Shown: positions 15,362-18,935 of the stretch, piece after piece
Numbering within the stretch: position 1 is the first letter of the stretch
Layout of the letters: the number at the start of each line of letters is the position of its first letter
Assembly: GCA_965662175.1 (NCBI GenBank)
Contig: CBFIGT010000038.1
Span: 1 to 18,935 of the forward strand
DNA: 18,935 bases
From: Arcobacter sp.
Lineage (GTDB): Bacteria; Campylobacterota; Campylobacteria; Campylobacterales; Arcobacteraceae
Direction: 5' to 3'
Program-made: the position numbers and the translations under genes
Notes under the pieces: generated by a model
Seen by the model: the letters and a program-made list of their open reading frames with translations, nothing else
Told to the model about the DNA's origin: nothing
Databases searched by the model: none

Positions 15362-18300
15362 TTAATCCTTTGGAATTGATATTTTAAATATTACGCCATT
15401 TTTGCTATTTTCTACGTTTAATAGCCCTTTACAATGCTCTTCTATAATCACCTTACTCATATATAAACCTAATCCTGTTCCATCTTTTGTTAATCTTGTT
15501 GAAAAGTATGGTTCGAAGATTTTATTTAAATTTCTTTCTTCTATTTGTTTCCCATTATTCTCTATTTCAAGAAAAATATTTTTTTCATCTTTATATGTTC
15601 TTATATTAATAGTTGGTTTCTCAATCTTATTTTCAATCAAAACATCTTCTGCATTTTTTAAAATATTTAAAACCACATGATTTATCTCTGTTGAGTATGT
15701 TTTTACTTTTTCATAACTATCAAAATTTAATTTTAAATCAATTAAATTACTAGATAAAGATGGTTTTATTATATTTATTGCTTGTTCAACAACATTTTCA
15801 ATAGTAACTAGTTTTTTAACTTTTTCTTTTTTATAAAAATTTCTAAAGTCATCAATAGTTCCTGATAAATATTGTGCATAATCATTTATCAAGGATAACT
15901 CTTTTTCTAATACTTCTTTATCTATCTCTTTTCCTAAAATCATTTTTAGTGATAGATTATTTATTGTTGCTGAAATTGCTGTTAATGGCTGTCTCCATTG
16001 ATGTGCAATCATATTAATAAGTTCACCCATTTGAGCTAATCTTGATTGTTGTATAAGCTGTTTGGTTTTTTGTTCATTTTTTTGAATCTCTTCAACTATT
16101 TTATCTTCCAAACTATTTTTTAATAAAGCAATCTCATTATTTGCTTTTTTTAACTCATTATTATGTCTATTTAATACAATTTGTCTATAAATAATAACCA
16201 CAAAAACAATAAAAATAAGAAATGTTATTTTCCAAAATAGGTCATAATCAAACTTCTCTTTAATACCATTTGTTGACCATTTTGAAATAATCTCTCTTTT
16301 ATCTTTTTGGGAAAGATTTTTAATAGATTTATTTAAAATATCAAAAAGTATTGGTTCACTGTTACTTACAGCCATATTTATATTGTATGTTAAGTTTGTA
16401 TATCTTGAGATATATAAATCACTCATTGCGTATTCAGCCATATAGTATGAGGCTATAGGAAGTGGAGCTAGGGTAAAATATGCCTTATTATTATTTACAG
16501 ACTCTAATGATTTATGATAATTTTCTGTTTTAATAATATTAATATCAGGGAAAACAGATTTAAACTCAGAGATTAATTGTGAATCATTTTTTAAAGCAAT
16601 AGGTTTATCAATAATATCTTCTAAACTTGGTACAACTGGAATATTTTTTCTTGTAATAATTGCTAGTTTGTATGTTAAATATGGATATGTAGTATTAATT
16701 CCCTCTAATAAAATATCATTATTTTCAATAGTAGGAATAATATCACATCTCTTTTTATTTAAAAATTCAACTGATTGTTTAAAGGAGTTAGTTGGAATAT
16801 ATTTAAATGATATGTCCAAACTATTTTTAAAATTCTCCAAAATATCAATACTTATTCCCATTGGTTTATTGTCTTCCAAAAATGAGATTGGATTAATATC
16901 ATAATTCATACAATATCTTATCTCTTTCTTCTCTTTTAAATAGATTTTCTCTTTATTTGTTAAGAAAGTTTCATTTTTCTTTGTAAAACTTTGTTCTCCA
17001 AACCATTTTCTTTTTAGAGTTAAAAGCTCCTCATCACTTACTGAGTCTTGTGCTTTTTGAAGTATTGATTGTAACTCTTTTTCACCTTTTGGAATACCCA
17101 TTCTAATCAAACTAACAAGTCTATTATCATCAACAAAATTTGTAGCTGTAACTCCTGAAATATTATTTGTGCTAATTATGTAATCTAAAACATTTTTTTT
17201 ACCAATAGTTGCATCAGCTTTTCCAAGAGAGAGTTGTCTTAGTGCTTCTAAAGAGTCTTTTACTAAAATCTGATTTATTTCAGGATAATATTTTTCTATT
17301 AATTGTTGAGCAAAAAAACCTTTTGGCATAATTATTGTTTTATTTTTTAATTTTTCTAAAGAGTCTAAATTTTCAGAACCATTTTTTACATATATTGCAT
17401 TTGCTGCTGTATGAAAAATATCTGTAAAATCTATATACTCTTCCCTTTGTTTGTTTTTTGATATATTATTTATTATATCAATCTCTTTATTTTTTAATAG
17501 TTCTAAAAATTCATCCCAAGAATAACCATAAACATACTCAACATCCATATTTAGTTTTTTTGCTAATAAATTTGTATAATCAATTGAAAAACCTTTTGCA
17601 ACTCCATTTTCATTGAAGTTATATGGTGGCCAATTTTTTTCATTATGGACTTTTAAAACTCTTTTATTACTTATATACTCTTTTTCTTCTTTTGTTAAAT
17701 TTAGTGTTTTATCCATTTCAAGTGGAATTAGTTTTGTATTAATTTCTGTAATCCATTTAGCGTAGAGTTCACTCCACTCTTTTGGACTAATATTTTCAAT
17801 TGATTTATCAATTATAGAGTAGAGAATTTTATTATCTTTTTGAATTCCATATCTTAAGTCAGTTTTTTTAATATTAGCAATATCTAGTTCACCTAAGGCT
17901 TTTAAGTTTGTAAATCCCTCTTTTATTATTATATTTTGCATACTTAAAAGATGGCCAAATAAAACATCAATTTCTCCAAAAGCTAGAGCTTTTAATTTTT
18001 CTGATAATTGATTATAAAATTTGATTTCAAAAATATTTAGGTCATTAATTTCGTTATAGTAAAATATATCTTTTGTAAGTCCAAGTTTTTTCCCTTTTAA
18101 GTCAAAGATATTTGTATAGTTTGTTAAATCCTTTCTAGCAAATATTACTAAAGGAATTTCATAATATGGTTTTGTAAAACTTGTAAACTCTAATCTCTCT
18201 TTTCTAAAAGAGATTGCATCAATTATATCAACTTTTTTCTCTTTGAATTTTTTTAAGTTATTAGGCCAAGTATCGATTTCATACTTAAATTTTATACCAT

Positions 18301-18511
18301 GTTTTTTTCTTAGAAGTTTCAAAATATCATTAGATAATCCACTGAATTTATTTTTTTCATATATATTAAATGGAGGAAAGTCAGGTAAAACAGCAACACT
18401 AAACTCATGTGTTTTTATATATTTTAACTCTTCACTTGTAAAAATTAAATCTTTTGCATTTAGATTTGATGAGATTAAAATAGTAAAAATTATTAAAATT
18501 ATTTTAAACAA
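15362..18511 (-). CDS. Sensor histidine kinase with three tandem periplasmic solute-binding (family 3) domains
   Basis: Signal peptide. Three repeats each starting (L/F)T-x-x-E-x-x-Y(I/L) with P-x-x-F/PPFN and G-x-S-x-D. One TM, MIAHQWRQPL H-box, NILKNAED, FEPYFST, GTGLGLYMSK. TTG start. Confidence 0.92.
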   Translation of the reverse strand: MFKIILIIFTILISSNLNAKDLIFTSEELKYIKTHEFSVAVLPDFPPFNIYEKNKFSGLSNDILKLLRKKHGIKFKYEIDTWPNNLKKFKEKKVDIIDAISFRKERLEFTSFTKPYYEIPLVIFARKDLTNYTNIFDLKGKKLGLTKDIFYYNEINDLNIFEIKFYNQLSEKLKALAFGEIDVLFGHLLSMQNIIIKEGFTNLKALGELDIANIKKTDLRYGIQKDNKILYSIIDKSIENISPKEWSELYAKWITEINTKLIPLEMDKTLNLTKEEKEYISNKRVLKVHNEKNWPPYNFNENGVAKGFSIDYTNLLAKKLNMDVEYVYGYSWDEFLELLKNKEIDIINNISKNKQREEYIDFTDIFHTAANAIYVKNGSENLDSLEKLKNKTIIMPKGFFAQQLIEKYYPEINQILVKDSLEALRQLSLGKADATIGKKNVLDYIISTNNISGVTATNFVDDNRLVSLIRMGIPKGEKELQSILQKAQDSVSDEELLTLKRKWFGEQSFTKKNETFLTNKEKIYLKEKKEIRYCMNYDINPISFLEDNKPMGISIDILENFKNSLDISFKYIPTNSFKQSVEFLNKKRCDIIPTIENNDILLEGINTTYPYLTYKLAIITRKNIPVVPSLEDIIDKPIALKNDSQLISEFKSVFPDINIIKTENYHKSLESVNNNKAYFTLAPLPIASYYMAEYAMSDLYISRYTNLTYNINMAVSNSEPILFDILNKSIKNLSQKDKREIISKWSTNGIKEKFDYDLFWKITFLIFIVFVVIIYRQIVLNRHNNELKKANNEIALLKNSLEDKIVEEIQKNEQKTKQLIQQSRLAQMGELINMIAHQWRQPLTAISATINNLSLKMILGKEIDKEVLEKELSLINDYAQYLSGTIDDFRNFYKKEKVKKLVTIENVVEQAINIIKPSLSSNLIDLKLNFDSYEKVKTYSTEINHVVLNILKNAEDVLIENKIEKPTINIRTYKDEKNIFLEIENNGKQIEERNLNKIFEPYFSTRLTKDGTGLGLYMSKVIIEEHCKGLLNVENSKNGVIFKISIPKD

Positions 18512-18529
18512 AAAAAACCTTTTATTCGA

Positions 18530-18535
18530 ATTATA
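18530..18535 (-). promoter_or_regulatory. Candidate sigma70 -10 for kinase-regulator pair
   Basis: Perfect TATAAT on the minus strand 18 nt upstream of the TTG, with an AAGG SD in between. Confidence 0.45.
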
Positions 18536-18562
18536 AGTAAGTTTTGATTATTAGTTTATTAA

Positions 18563-18935
18563 TTAGTAAAGTCTATAAGTCACATAAATCCTAATTTTTG
18601 TAGGTTCATTTGGTCTTGGATAATCTTTATATGCTATTTCTATAGTCTCTATAGTATTACTATCTAATGCTTCATATCCTGAAGATGTAGTTATTATAGG
18701 TTGGGTTATATCTCCATTTGGATGTAAGATAAACTCTATAACATTTGTACCACTTTGTCTTGTTCTTACAGAAATAGCTGGGTATCTTAGATATTTTTGA
18801 GTGATACTTCCTATGGTTTTTAAGTTTTTTTGCAAATAGACTTTTTGAACTTTGGTAAAAGAGTTATACTCTTCCCCATAAAGTTTAATATAACTTTGGG
18901 TTATTTCATCTATTAATTCAGGCTCTTTTGGTGGA
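18563..18935 (-). CDS. tonB: Energy transducer TonB, C-terminal part (5'-truncated by window edge)
   Basis: Frame is open to the window end: PPKEPELIDEITQSYIKLYGEEYNSFTKVQKVYLQKNL..IG.ITQ.YL.YP...EF.LHPNGDI...SSGY..LD. Helicobacter/Campylobacter-type TonB_C. Confidence 0.8.
   Translation of the reverse strand, partial: PPKEPELIDEITQSYIKLYGEEYNSFTKVQKVYLQKNLKTIGSITQKYLRYPAISVRTRQSGTNVIEFILHPNGDITQPIITTSSGYEALDSNTIETIEIAYKDYPRPNEPTKIRIYVTYRLY

Noticed and set aside
15402..18536. Plus-strand ORFs 15402-15680, 16668-16904, 18243-18536
   Set aside because: Antisense shadows of the sensor kinase.
1..18935. CRISPR arrays, tRNA/rRNA, IS elements, prophage or defence genes
   Set aside because: No spaced direct repeats, GC-rich structured RNA, transposase or integrase motifs seen. 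Intergenic gaps are nearly all about 100 nt or shorter once the small ORF is counted.

Overview
Very AT-rich chromosomal window from a Campylobacterota bacterium, most likely Arcobacteraceae (inferred from gene order and protein styles). Left half is a housekeeping block: dapD 3' end, a membrane GGDEF protein, then a rluD-like/FN3 lipoprotein/trmB/ftsE/ftsX/envC-like operon divergent from rodA, matching the order recalled for C. jejuni Cj1275c-Cj1282. Right half is more variable: exported rhodanese, GT4 glycosyltransferase, a stand-alone formate dehydrogenase gamma subunit, azlCD, DUF2237, a MetF-like flavoprotein, a triple-PBP sensor kinase with a receiver-only partner, and the 3' end of tonB. 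No rRNA, tRNA, CRISPR or mobile element was seen. Best signals not in the ORF track: (1) a 46-aa Cys/His/Pro-rich mini-lipoprotein gene at 13684-13824(-) with a strong SD and lipobox; (2) azlC apparently lacking a canonical start where its SD points (ATA/ATT); (3) a Fur-like box in the azlC/DUF2237 divergent promoter; (4) a probable leaderless rodA. Family calls are from motif recognition only; no database search was run.
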